Positions 44,655 through 56,664 of a stretch of 64,000 nt of DNA are shown here, piece by piece. Each line of letters starts with the position of its first letter. Within the stretch, counting starts at the first letter, position 1. The DNA lies in NCBI GenBank assembly GCA_047601445.1, contig JASGJH010000001.1, forward strand, positions 2,624,001 through 2,688,000, written 5' to 3'. Origin of the DNA: Myxococcales bacterium. GTDB taxonomy: Bacteria > Myxococcota_A > Polyangia > Polyangiales > DASUME01. The notes beneath the pieces are model-generated. The model was not told the DNA's origin. It ran no database searches and saw nothing but the letters and a program-made list of their open reading frames with translations. A program made the translations under genes and the position numbers.

Positions 44655-47180
44655 TCAGTGTTCGGTGTCGCGCGGGCCCGGAGCCTCGAGGCCCAGGCGG
44701 CGCAGCTTGTCGATCAGCGTGGTGCGCTTGAGCCCGAGCGCCCGCGCGGCGCGTGTCTTGTTACCGCCCGCGCGTTCCATGGCCCGCCGCAGGATCTCGC
44801 GTTCCTGGTCCACGAAGGAGCCCGCGCTGGCTCCTCCCGCGGGCAGCGGAGGCAGCTCTTCGAGGGTGACGCGGCCGCCGCGACAGGCTGCGAGGGCACG
44901 CTCCATGATGCCCTCGAGTTCGGTCTGGTTGCCGGGAAAATCGTAGTCGGCGAGGGCGTGCAGGGCTTCGGGTGCGATGCCTGGCACGTCGCAGCCCAGC
45001 ACGCGCGCGGCGCGATCCATGGCCAACAACACCAGGGACTCCAGATCTTCGCGCCGCTCGCGCAGGGCCGGCACGCGCAGCGAGGTCTGCTCGAGCCAGC
45101 GTGAGAGCTCGGGTACGAGTGCCTGGCTGTCGAGGAGCGCGGGCAGCGGCTTGCGGGCGCTCAAGATCAGGCGCGCGGTGAGCGGATAGGAGGCCTGAGA
45201 ATCCACCGGGCGCGCGCGGCGATCGGCCAGAGCGCGGGCGAGCTCGCGCTGCACCTCGGGGCTGAGGGCCACCACGTCCGTCAGCAGTAGCACGCCGTCG
45301 GCGGCCAGCTCGAGCCACCCCGGACGCGGAGGAGGTGCGGAGAGCGGATCGGCGCTGGTGCGTTCCGCGCTGGTGAGCTTGGCACCGAACAATGCCGCGG
45401 CTTGGTCCTCGGGGGCGAGCCCGCTGCAATCGCCCAGCACCAAGGGCTTTTCGTCGCGGCCCGTGGCGCTGCGCAGCTGCTGGGCGAGCGGCAAGAGCGA
45501 AACGCCCTGCTCGCAGATGAGCAGAATGGGGACATCTTGAGGCGCCAGATCCAGCAAGCGCTCGTTGAGCGCGCGCATGGCTGGGCTGTACTGCACGAGG
45601 GCCGAAGCGGCGGGACCGGCGGTCTGACCGGCCTTGAGCAGGTTGGCTTCCGCGTGCAGGCGAGCCAGCTCTTCGCGGGCCTCTTCCAGGCCGCTGCGCA
45701 GAGTGTCGCGCTCGAAGGCGGTCTCGTCGGCGCGCTTGGAGGCGCGCTCGGCCGCCAAGAACTGCGCCGCCAGCGGGGCCATGTGCTGCGCCAAACGCTC
45801 GAGCGCCGTGAGCTCTTCCATGCTCAGCGGCTCGAGCCGCGCGCCGCGCGCCAGGACGAGCGCGCCCTCGAGGTCCGCGTTGAGCAACAAAGGCACCACG
45901 CACAGCGCGTCGAGGTCGTCGAGGCTGTGAATGAGCTCACGCAGCTCCGGTCGACGCACCAGACGTGCGCGCAGGTCGTCACGGACGATGGGCTCGCCCC
46001 CGGCGTCGGTCAGATGTTGCATCAGCACCGATGGCAACAGTCGCTCGCTGCGCCTGGGTTGGCCGGCAGCGTCGAGCCGGACCTCTCCCGACGGATCGAA
46101 CGAAAACATGAGCGGCGCAGCCTCGGGCGAGTCGCTGGCACGCCGCAGCTGGCGTAGCGCGCGCGCGCACAGCTCGGGATAACTGGTCGCGCCCGGCAAG
46201 TCTTGCTCGATGCGCTCCACGGCGGCGAGCAGCGCGCCGCGCTGGGGCGCAAAGAGAAGCTGGCTCGCGCGCCGCACGACCGGCCGCAACACCAGGAACA
46301 CCACGACCCCGAGGCCCGTGATCACGACCTGCCCCAGCGGGCCGAGCTGCCCGAGGCGCGCGAAGTAGCTGGCGCCGAGCACGAGGCCCAGCGTGAACAG
46401 CGTCGCGAACACCTCGCGTGCCCAGGAGCTGGCCCCGAGCGCGCGGGTGGGTGAGGTGAGCCACACGTGGCTGAGCAAGAAAGCGAATGCCGCGCCCGCC
46501 ACCACCAAGAGCACGCTGCTCGACCCGGCCAAGTCCAGCAGCTTGATCAGCGCAGCCAGCGCCAGCAGCACCAGCGCCCACGTCGAGCCCAAGAGCGGCC
46601 AAAGGTTCGCGGAAAGGTCGCGCGTACTGCTGCCCAGACTCCTGCGGGTGGCGCGGATGCCGGTGGCGACCACGATGCAGGCCAGGGCGAAGGCGAGCGG
46701 AGCGCTGGCCGTCCAGGGCGCCGCGATGAGCGCACGCCCGAACATCCAAATGGGCGGCAACGCGGCGAATACGCCGAGGGTGCCCGCCAGGACGCCCAGC
46801 CAGCGCGCCGGCTGCTCCGCGTAAAGATGTCGCGCCAGGCGCGGAGGCACGTCGGGCCAGGCCATGGCGAGCCGCAAGGTGACGAGGCCGAGCGGCGGCA
46901 GGCTCAGCGCGAGCAACACCTCACCGAACAGCGCGCGCCCCGAGAGCGCCAGCCAAGCCCCCAGGCACAATCCCACCAGACTTCCCATCAGCGCCACCAG
47001 GCGCTGCGCCTCGTCGACCGCGAGCCCGCGCTGCCAGAACGGCGTGAAGGCGCTCCAGAGCGCCACCGCGGCCACCGCGAAGGCGCCGGTGGACAACGAA
47101 ACCCCCAGCGCGCCCGCGGAAGCGAGGATGTAGAGCAGGAGGGCGGCTGCCACGAGCGCGAGCGTGCGGGGGTGCTTCAT
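44655..47180 (-). CDS. Multi-pass membrane protein with GAF-like, degenerate sigma54-activator AAA+ and Fis-type HTH domains
   Basis: Retains LRERREDL, YDFPGN..EL and GNKTRAARALGLKRTTL. Walker A, Walker B and GAFTGA are degenerate. Confidence 0.8.
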   Translation of the reverse strand: MKHPRTLALVAAALLLYILASAGALGVSLSTGAFAVAAVALWSAFTPFWQRGLAVDEAQRLVALMGSLVGLCLGAWLALSGRALFGEVLLALSLPPLGLVTLRLAMAWPDVPPRLARHLYAEQPARWLGVLAGTLGVFAALPPIWMFGRALIAAPWTASAPLAFALACIVVATGIRATRRSLGSSTRDLSANLWPLLGSTWALVLLALAALIKLLDLAGSSSVLLVVAGAAFAFLLSHVWLTSPTRALGASSWAREVFATLFTLGLVLGASYFARLGQLGPLGQVVITGLGVVVFLVLRPVVRRASQLLFAPQRGALLAAVERIEQDLPGATSYPELCARALRQLRRASDSPEAAPLMFSFDPSGEVRLDAAGQPRRSERLLPSVLMQHLTDAGGEPIVRDDLRARLVRRPELRELIHSLDDLDALCVVPLLLNADLEGALVLARGARLEPLSMEELTALERLAQHMAPLAAQFLAAERASKRADETAFERDTLRSGLEEAREELARLHAEANLLKAGQTAGPAASALVQYSPAMRALNERLLDLAPQDVPILLICEQGVSLLPLAQQLRSATGRDEKPLVLGDCSGLAPEDQAAALFGAKLTSAERTSADPLSAPPPRPGWLELAADGVLLLTDVVALSPEVQRELARALADRRARPVDSQASYPLTARLILSARKPLPALLDSQALVPELSRWLEQTSLRVPALRERREDLESLVLLAMDRAARVLGCDVPGIAPEALHALADYDFPGNQTELEGIMERALAACRGGRVTLEELPPLPAGGASAGSFVDQEREILRRAMERAGGNKTRAARALGLKRTTLIDKLRRLGLEAPGPRDTEH

Positions 47181-47303
47181 CGGACCGGCCCACAGGCGAA
47201 CTTGCCTGGGCTGCTAGGCGGCTGGCGTGGTGGGCGTGAGGCCGCGGTGGTTGAGGGGCGCAAGCAGGCATCTTATCATTCGCGCCTTCACGGGCCAGAT
47301 TGA

Positions 47304-49424
<2,121 letters not shown>

Positions 49425-49499
49425 GTTTTTGTCCCCGGTGTACAAAAGTCTCAACACAACGTTGAAGCAACCGGTCACACAAGCGACAATCAGCCCTAG

Positions 49500-51533
49500 A
49501 TGGGGCGCAACCCAGCGCAATCTAATTCCGACCAACGCTTGATCGGCAGGACGATTGCCGGCCGCTATAGCCTCGTGCGCCTTTTGGGAGATGGCGGCAT
49601 GGGGGCCGTGTACAAGGCCGAGGACAACGTCCTCCGGCGCTTCGTCGCGCTCAAGCTGCTGCACCCCGCGGCGGCGGCGAACCCCGCAGCCGTGGAGCGC
49701 TTCCTGCGCGAGGCCCAAGCGGCGGCCTCCATCGGGCACCCCAACATCATCGACATCCTCGACTTCGGTGAAGCCGACGGAAAGCCGTATCTGGTGATGG
49801 AGTACCTGCGGGGACGCTCCTTGGCCGATGTGCTCCAGACCGATGGTCCGCTCGACATGAAGCACGCGTGCGCAGTCGCGACTCACGCGCTGGCGGGCCT
49901 CCAGGGAGCGCACGATCGCGGCATCCTTCATCGCGACCTCAAGCCAGCCAACTTGATGCTGGTGATGCGCTTCGGCGATCGCTCGTTCGTGAAGCTCCTG
50001 GACTTCGGCTTCGCGGCGCTGCTCGGAGGCAATCTCCCGAGCGACAAGACCTTGACCCCGGCGCGTACCCTGGTGGGCACACCGGCCTACGCGGCGCCCG
50101 AGCGTCTGCGCGGAGACGATCGTCGCGACCCGCGCACCGACCTGTACTCGCTGGGGGTGGTCCTCTACGAGATGTTGGCCGGCGTACGCCCGTTCGACGC
50201 AGGGACCTTCTCGGAGTTGGCGCGCAAGGCCCAGACCGAACCCCCGCCCTCGTTGCGCCTGTATCGGCCCGAAACACCCGAGGGGCTCGAGCGCGTGATC
50301 CTGCGCGCCCTCGCAAAGACTCCCGAAGAACGCTGGCCGGACGCGGAAGCCTTCGCCGCAGCCCTCGTGCCGTTCGGCGGACGCGTGGTCGATAGCGACT
50401 CGGAAGAGAGCGACAGCTTGGCCATGGATCTCATCAAGATCCGTGCGCGCGACAAGAAGCGCGAGCCAGGTCCCAGCGGGCTGCCTCCGGAAGCCCTCGA
50501 GCGGCGTGCCCCGGCACGCGAAGTGCGCGCCAATGCACCCCAGCCCGACTCGGCCGATCTCGAACTCGAGCGGATGTCTCTCGACGTGGGCGCAGCAGCC
50601 CCCACGCTGGGTCGCAATGCCAGCCTGCGCGACGCGCCGCCCGCCAGTGCCAAGCCGCAGCCTCAAGCACGGCGCAGCCCCGAACCCGCCGCGCCGCCTC
50701 GCCAAGTTGTCACCGCACCGGGCAATCCGCAGGCCGCACGCCCAACGACCGCAGGCCCGCAGGCACCTCTCGACGAGCAGTTGCTCCACGAAACCACCCG
50801 CACGCAGCAACCCTATCGCCCGAGCAGCTTGCCGCCGCCGGCCGCGAAGGCGCGCGAAGTGATCCACGCTCCACACGGGGCAGCGCCGCAAGCGCCTTCC
50901 GGACTCTCCGGAGAACGCAAGCGCACCACCACGGGCTCGGTTCCCCCTGCCGGCGCAGCGCCACGCACGCGCGCGTTCGACGGCAGTGTGGGCCTCGCCA
51001 TCCTGCGCTTCGTGTCGCGACGATATGGCGAGCGTGCGCTCAAGACCGTGCTCGACAGCCTGCCGCCGGAGACACTCACCGTGTTCACTTCGGGCGTGAC
51101 ACCAAACTCGTACATTTCTTTCGATTCGGTCTGCCAACTGGTCGAGGCCATCGACGCCAAGCTCGGTCGCGATGACCTGCACCTGATCGCCGATTGCGGA
51201 CGCGCGGTGGCAGAGGGCACGTTCGACCAGATGAAGCGGCCGAGCGGGACGCCCACGTCGCCCCCCGAGCTGCTGCTCGCCGAGATGCCCGGCAACGTAG
51301 AGAAGATGATCCGCGGCGTTCGCTGCAAGGTGCGCAGCGTGGGGCGTGGCTACGGCCGTCTCGAGCTCGACGAGCCAGGACCGTCCTCGCTGACCATGTG
51401 CGTGCTCGTGTTGGGCTTCCTCGATCGCAGCTTGAGCCGCTTCGGCGCGCGCGAGGTCGAGGTCAATCTGCTCAACTGTCGCTATCTCGGCGACGACGAA
51501 AACCTCTACGACATCAGCTGGCTCATCACCTAG
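49500..51533 (+). CDS. Ser/Thr protein kinase with Pro-rich linker and C-terminal myxobacterial (DUF2378/V4R-like) domain
   Basis: LGDGGMGAVY, VALK, HRDLKPAN, DFG and APE motifs. No TM segment. Confidence 0.9.
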   Translation: MGRNPAQSNSDQRLIGRTIAGRYSLVRLLGDGGMGAVYKAEDNVLRRFVALKLLHPAAAANPAAVERFLREAQAAASIGHPNIIDILDFGEADGKPYLVMEYLRGRSLADVLQTDGPLDMKHACAVATHALAGLQGAHDRGILHRDLKPANLMLVMRFGDRSFVKLLDFGFAALLGGNLPSDKTLTPARTLVGTPAYAAPERLRGDDRRDPRTDLYSLGVVLYEMLAGVRPFDAGTFSELARKAQTEPPPSLRLYRPETPEGLERVILRALAKTPEERWPDAEAFAAALVPFGGRVVDSDSEESDSLAMDLIKIRARDKKREPGPSGLPPEALERRAPAREVRANAPQPDSADLELERMSLDVGAAAPTLGRNASLRDAPPASAKPQPQARRSPEPAAPPRQVVTAPGNPQAARPTTAGPQAPLDEQLLHETTRTQQPYRPSSLPPPAAKAREVIHAPHGAAPQAPSGLSGERKRTTTGSVPPAGAAPRTRAFDGSVGLAILRFVSRRYGERALKTVLDSLPPETLTVFTSGVTPNSYISFDSVCQLVEAIDAKLGRDDLHLIADCGRAVAEGTFDQMKRPSGTPTSPPELLLAEMPGNVEKMIRGVRCKVRSVGRGYGRLELDEPGPSSLTMCVLVLGFLDRSLSRFGAREVEVNLLNCRYLGDDENLYDISWLIT

Positions 51534-51656
51534 CTCCGTCGCCAAGAAGTCCATGTCAGCGGAGCAGCCGCTCAGCGAAGCCGCGGATGCCGCCACGCCG
51601 CGTGCGTCTGCTTGCGAGCCTCACGCGCCGGAAAGCGCGCAGTCAGCGTGCTGGCC

Positions 51657-54600
51657 TTAACGCCGCGCGAACTGAGCGCGCCCTTCGCGCTCCCACCACT
51701 CGCGGTACTTGCGTTGCGAAAGCTCGCGATCCTTCTTGGGCAGCGCGGGATGGTAACCGAAGTACTGCTGGGTCAGCTGCTTGAGCTCATCGCTCGCCAG
51801 CGCCCGCATGGCTTCCTCTTGGTGACCGAGTGAGTCCACCAGCCACTCCACACGATGGCCCCCCGAAGCCTGCTCGGCCCAGAGCTCCCACTTGCGCGGC
51901 GCGTAACCGAAGTCTTGCCCAGTGAGCACCACCAGCGCTTTCTGGGCGGTCTTGACGATGCCCTCGGAGGGGTCTCCGAGGCGCGCGATCAGCGTCCGCA
52001 GGGTACGCATGTCGCGCAGCTCGGCGAGCGCCTCGAGCGCGATCTTCTGGCGCCGCGGATCCTTACCGGGTCGCGCGCTGAGATCACAGATGGCGCGCAA
52101 CACCGCGTCGAACTGCGGCAGCCGCGTATAGTTGCGCAGCACGTCGAGCGCCACGGCGCGTACGCCGTCGTTGGCATCGAAGGTTCGGCGAGCCACCGCG
52201 TCGAGTAGATCCGGATGCACGATCTCGCCGGCCACCAACAAGGCCTGTCGACACAGATCGGGTTCGCTCGTGCTGAGCTTCGACGCCACGTAGGGAGCCG
52301 CGCGATCGCCAAACGCGGCGAGGCAGCGCGCCACCGCGGACAAGTCGCGACCTCGTACCTTGTGCCGCTGGGGCAGACTGAGATCGACCCAGAGGGGCCC
52401 GGGGAAGTGCTGCATCAAAACGGGCAGCACGGCCTCGCCAATCCTTACGAGCTCGGCGATCTCGGTGAGCGGATCGGACGGGCCTGCGCGCAATAGGGCC
52501 TCGACCAGCGCATTCACGTGGTCGCCCATGTCGATGATCATCGAGGGCACCGCGGCATCCGTCACCAAGCTCAAACGCTTGGTGCGCGCGGGCTTCTCGG
52601 CGGATTCGGACCTGCTTACCGCCGCGGCGGCCGCGACTGGACCCGGCTCACGAAGCGCGGGCTCCTCGACGGCTGGCTTGGCAGCTGCGGCAGCCTTGGC
52701 CTCGCGAACCGTGACGGGCGCGCGATTCGCGCGGATGCTCTCTTCAGCCACCGAGCCCACGGGCGCCACATAGCTGTAGGAACCAACGCTATGCGCGGCC
52801 GCACTGGCGGACGCGGTAGGCGGCGGCATCGATTCGCGCATGGGCGGTGGGGGCGCCGAGCGCGGCACCCCCGGCACACGACCGCGGGCTGCTTCACGAG
52901 CCTCTGGAGAGATGGCCGTGCTGCGAATGCCCTGGAACGATGCCTCCGAGACCGTGCGCTTGCGCTCGGTGAAGGACAAGCGCGAGACCGCCTGGAGATC
53001 CACCGCGGTGAGCCCGTCGACGCCATCGCTGTCGTCGCCATCGTAGGAGCCGAACGCCTCGGACTCGCCCCGGCCCTGATAGGAAAGCTCGGGCGCCTCG
53101 TCGAGGAGCTCGGCGTGCTCATCGAGCGAAGGCTCCGCGAGTAACGCCGTGGGATCTGCCACCGCGTCCGCTTCCATGCTCTCGGGCGCGGCCTCTGCGT
53201 CCGGGAACGGACTCCCTTCGGGGGTTGGCGGCTGCGATGACGACTCCGAGGTCGAAAAGTGCGGCACGGAGCTGCGGCCGCGCAGGGTCTTCTGCTCCAG
53301 GATCAAGCGGCGCAGCGCATCGCTGAGGGCCGGCACCACCGCCATCACGGGTCCGGCGTCGGTCACGCTCAACCCCTCCGCATGGCGATCCGCATACACC
53401 AGCAAGGCGACGCGCGAACCAAGCGTGATGGGCACCGCCAGGCCGGGTCGGCCCATGGGTCGCCCGAGCAGCGCCAGCGCAGCGCGCTCTTCGTCGGTGG
53501 CACTCCAGTCGCCGACCAGCGGTCGCTGCCCGCGCACCACGCGCGCAGCAAAGCCACCCTCGTTGATCGGAATCACCAGGTGCTCCATCAACTCCTGCGA
53601 GAGCCCCGCACCGTGGGCCATGCGGCCCCGGGCTTCGTCCTTGGTGACGCTGAAGATGGCCACGAAATCGAAGAACTGCTGGGCGTAGCGCAGCAGCACG
53701 AACAGCACGTCGTCGCGCTGCGAGGCCTCACCGAGCAACGCCTCGGCGCGCTCGTGGGAGATGGGGCCGCGCACAGCGCGGGCGATGGCCGGCGAGATGG
53801 AGCTCGGCGGGACCGTAAGCGGGCGCTCCGCTTGGAAGCCCGAAAGGGCTCGCGGCCGAACCACGGCCACGCCCGCGGCAACATCGAGCGGCGCAGGGTC
53901 CGATCCGATGGACGCAGAGTCGAGCGACGCAGAGTCGAGCGACTCGGATTCGAGCGTGGCGCTCTGGTAGCCCTCGGGCGCGCCTGCCTCCTCGAGAGGG
54001 CTCGCGTCGAACGCGGGCGCCTCCAGATGACCCGACCCGAGCTGGTCCGGCTGCGCTTCGGCGAACGCGAGCGCCGACTCGCTGAACTCGGGCACCGACT
54101 CACTGAACTCCGTGAGTGCCTCGGCCAGCGTAGGCTCCTCGTCGGACACGTCGGCGTGCCCTTGGAGCTCGATCACACCGGAGGCCCGGCCTTCCGAGTC
54201 GAATGCGTGGTCGTCGCCTTCGAGCGAAGATGCTGCCTCCAGCGACGACTCCATGCCGAAGTCCGGGGCCAAGTCCTGGCCAGGCTCGAGCGGAGCTTCC
54301 GCGGGCTCCTGCGCGCCGAGCTCCTGCACCTGCGGCACCTGCGGCGCCTGCAGCACATCCAGCGCCTGCATCTCGCGCGACTCGGGCTCGTCGTCGAAGG
54401 GGTTGTACAGCGGGCGCTGACTCAGCGTCATGCCGTGGGTCGGCGGCCGCACATACGGAATCACGCCCGGTTCACGCTTGCGCAGCACGTCCGCCAGGCG
54501 CCGGGTACGCGGATCGAGCTCCACGCCGAAGTGATGGGCCAGCGCCGCCGCGAGGCGCAGCTGCGTCACGATGCGCACCGAGAGTTCACAACCGAGCTGC

Positions 54601-54944
54601 GCGCGCAGCTGGCGCACGACGTCGTCCGCGAGCGGGTCCGCTGCGGCCACGACTAGGGAGCGGCCCTCGAACAGGATGGGCACCACCTTCAGTGAGCGCG
54701 CCATCTCCTCCGGCATCTGTCGCAGGGCCTCACGCGAGGCACGCATGACCTCTTCGCGCGTGGCGGGCAGCAGACCGAATAGCGCAGCGCGATAGGCCGA
54801 GAGCACGTCCTCCGGGACGAAATTCAGCTCTAGCAGCACGGTTTCGATGTCACCGCCCGACAGCACTTGCTGTGTCAGGGCCTCCTCGATCTTGGAGACC
54901 GAGAGGACACGATCGCGAGCAAGCAAAGAGGTGAGCGCAGACAT
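51657..54944 (-). CDS. Large FrgA-like protein: GspE/PilB N-terminal-type domain, acidic linker, GAF-like and HEAT-like domains
   Basis: N-terminal ..ALRQMPEEMARSLKVVPI....LVVAAADP resembles T2SSE_N. GAF-like AVPITLGSRVALLVYAD and HEAT-like C-terminus. Start MSALTSLL. Confidence 0.65.
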   Translation of the reverse strand: MSALTSLLARDRVLSVSKIEEALTQQVLSGGDIETVLLELNFVPEDVLSAYRAALFGLLPATREEVMRASREALRQMPEEMARSLKVVPILFEGRSLVVAAADPLADDVVRQLRAQLGCELSVRIVTQLRLAAALAHHFGVELDPRTRRLADVLRKREPGVIPYVRPPTHGMTLSQRPLYNPFDDEPESREMQALDVLQAPQVPQVQELGAQEPAEAPLEPGQDLAPDFGMESSLEAASSLEGDDHAFDSEGRASGVIELQGHADVSDEEPTLAEALTEFSESVPEFSESALAFAEAQPDQLGSGHLEAPAFDASPLEEAGAPEGYQSATLESESLDSASLDSASIGSDPAPLDVAAGVAVVRPRALSGFQAERPLTVPPSSISPAIARAVRGPISHERAEALLGEASQRDDVLFVLLRYAQQFFDFVAIFSVTKDEARGRMAHGAGLSQELMEHLVIPINEGGFAARVVRGQRPLVGDWSATDEERAALALLGRPMGRPGLAVPITLGSRVALLVYADRHAEGLSVTDAGPVMAVVPALSDALRRLILEQKTLRGRSSVPHFSTSESSSQPPTPEGSPFPDAEAAPESMEADAVADPTALLAEPSLDEHAELLDEAPELSYQGRGESEAFGSYDGDDSDGVDGLTAVDLQAVSRLSFTERKRTVSEASFQGIRSTAISPEAREAARGRVPGVPRSAPPPPMRESMPPPTASASAAAHSVGSYSYVAPVGSVAEESIRANRAPVTVREAKAAAAAKPAVEEPALREPGPVAAAAAVSRSESAEKPARTKRLSLVTDAAVPSMIIDMGDHVNALVEALLRAGPSDPLTEIAELVRIGEAVLPVLMQHFPGPLWVDLSLPQRHKVRGRDLSAVARCLAAFGDRAAPYVASKLSTSEPDLCRQALLVAGEIVHPDLLDAVARRTFDANDGVRAVALDVLRNYTRLPQFDAVLRAICDLSARPGKDPRRQKIALEALAELRDMRTLRTLIARLGDPSEGIVKTAQKALVVLTGQDFGYAPRKWELWAEQASGGHRVEWLVDSLGHQEEAMRALASDELKQLTQQYFGYHPALPKKDRELSQRKYREWWEREGRAQFARR
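53911..53955. repeat. 15-bp tandem repeat inside the FrgA-like gene (two exact copies plus one degenerate)
   Basis: GACGCAGAGTCGAGC twice, then GACTCGGATTCGAGC. Encodes LESES-LDSAS-LDSAS. Confidence 0.85.
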
Positions 54945-55003
54945 GTTTCCGAAGGTGGCGAGGGGCGTCGAGCTGCGGCCGAGGGGCGCGATTCCAGGGA
55001 ACT

Positions 55004-55762
55004 TCAGCGAGAGGTCCCCAAACGTTCCAAGCCTAATGCGACACCTACCACGGCTGCGGTTTCGGTCCGCAAAATTGCGCTGCCCAAACCTGCGGAAAGA
55101 AAGCCCGCGCGGGTGAGTAGATCGCGGTCGCCGTTGGAGAAGCCCCCCTCTGGGCCTACTGCGAGCCACAGCTCCGGGGCTGCGATGTTCCTGGGCAGGG
55201 GAGCCGCACTGCGCTCCATGAGGGCGGCCCGGACGGCCCCCGAGGGGGCCCTCGCCAGGACCTCTGCCAGGGGGGCGGGTGGCATGATTTCGGGCACATA
55301 GCTGCGTTCGGACTGGCGGGCCGCCTCCCTGGCGATGCGCCGCCAGCGCTCCGCTTTGGCATCTCCCCGCACGCCCTCCGAGCGGGCCACGCAGCGCTCC
55401 GAAAGCGCAACGTGTACGGCACTCACCCCGATTTCGGTTGTCATTCTCACAATATCGTCGAGCTTGGTGCCCTTGGGCTGGCACTGGACCAAGATCACTC
55501 TGGGTCCGGGCTCCGCCCGCTCGGGGGCCGCCAAGGCCACGCAACGCCCGTTTCCCTTGGTCAGCGCCACCACGCGCACCCGCTGTCGACCGCCCCGGCC
55601 GTCGAAGAGCTCGAGCTCGTCGTCCACCACGAGACGCAACACGCGCGCGTGCGCCACGGCCTCCGCGTCGAGGTCCACGGGTGCACCGACCGCCTCCGCA
55701 AGCTGGGCGGCGAACAGCCGGCGTACGCTCAGCTCGTCTTCTTCAAGACCAGGGCGATCCAC
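55004..55762 (-). CDS. rsmE: 16S rRNA m3U1498 methyltransferase
   Basis: HARVLRL, K..KLD.IV...TEIGV, EAARQS.R, VGPEGGFS and LG..ILRTETA. Start uncertain. Confidence 0.93.
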   Translation of the reverse strand: MDRPGLEEDELSVRRLFAAQLAEAVGAPVDLDAEAVAHARVLRLVVDDELELFDGRGGRQRVRVVALTKGNGRCVALAAPERAEPGPRVILVQCQPKGTKLDDIVRMTTEIGVSAVHVALSERCVARSEGVRGDAKAERWRRIAREAARQSERSYVPEIMPPAPLAEVLARAPSGAVRAALMERSAAPLPRNIAAPELWLAVGPEGGFSNGDRDLLTRAGFLSAGLGSAILRTETAAVVGVALGLERLGTSR

Positions 55763-56580
55763 TCCCCCTCCACCGGCGCAGCCTCACACGTGAAGCCCGG
55801 ATAGGCCGCGCGCACGTCGTCCTCTTGCCCCACCAAAATGCCGCTGAGCAGCAGCTTGCCCCCGGGCGCCACGCGCGCTGCAATGGCTTGTGCGAGCGGG
55901 ATGAGCACCGTGGCCTGAATGTTGGCCAACACCAGCGGGAACATGCCCACCACCTCTTCCACGGGGGTGGTCGAGGCTTTCACCAGGGAGAGCACCTGAT
56001 TGCTGGCCGCGTTCTCCAGCGTGACCTCGACCGCGTCTGGATCGACGTCGATGCAGAGGGCGTCCTTGGCACCCAGCTTGAGCGCGCAGATGGCGAGGAT
56101 CCCCGTGCCACAACCCACGTCGAGCACGCTCTCGGCACCCATCACGATGCGGTCGAGCTGGGTCATCAGCAGGCGGGTGCTCTCGTGGGTACCCGTGCCG
56201 AAGGCGCGACCAGGATCCACCGTGACCACCACGTCGCCAGGAGCAGGCTCGAAGGGCTCCCAAGAGGGACGAATTACGAGCCGCTCACCCAGTCGGGTGA
56301 CCTTGAAATACTGCTTGTAGGCGTCGCGCCAGGCGTCTCCGACCACGTGCGTCAGGCGGGCCGGCCAGCGCCCCAGCTCCGCGATGGCCGTTTGCGCGGC
56401 CTCATCGTTCTCGAAGCTCGCCACGAGCGTCACGTGGTTGTTCTCGCTGTTGCGCGCGAGGGTGGTGGCGTCGCGCTCTTCGACGCCCTGCGCGCCCAGC
56501 TCCCAAAGCAGGTAGGAGGCCTCCTCCACTTCGTCGGAAGCAACGTCCACGTGAACATAGGGATAGCGGGGCTCGTTCAT
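55729..56580 (-). CDS. prmA: Ribosomal protein L11 methyltransferase
   Basis: DPGRAFGTGTHEST, VLDVGCGTGILA, LANI and LLLSGIL. Confidence 0.94.
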   Translation of the reverse strand: MNEPRYPYVHVDVASDEVEEASYLLWELGAQGVEERDATTLARNSENNHVTLVASFENDEAAQTAIAELGRWPARLTHVVGDAWRDAYKQYFKVTRLGERLVIRPSWEPFEPAPGDVVVTVDPGRAFGTGTHESTRLLMTQLDRIVMGAESVLDVGCGTGILAICALKLGAKDALCIDVDPDAVEVTLENAASNQVLSLVKASTTPVEEVVGMFPLVLANIQATVLIPLAQAIAARVAPGGKLLLSGILVGQEDDVRAAYPGFTCEAAPVEGEWIALVLKKTS

Positions 56581-56664
56581 CACGCAGCTGGTAGCAAGCC
56601 CCCGCTTTCGGGTCGAGTCCTCTGGCCCCACCCGCCGCAGGGAAGCCATGCTAAGAAGCCGCCG

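Noticed and set aside
54945..55544. Upstream extensions of long ORFs (1295-aa call; also hom from 55438, serB from 8608, minD from 19115, phoX from 7101)
   Set aside because: They overlap real genes or regulatory DNA and reflect the rarity of stop codons in high-GC sequence.
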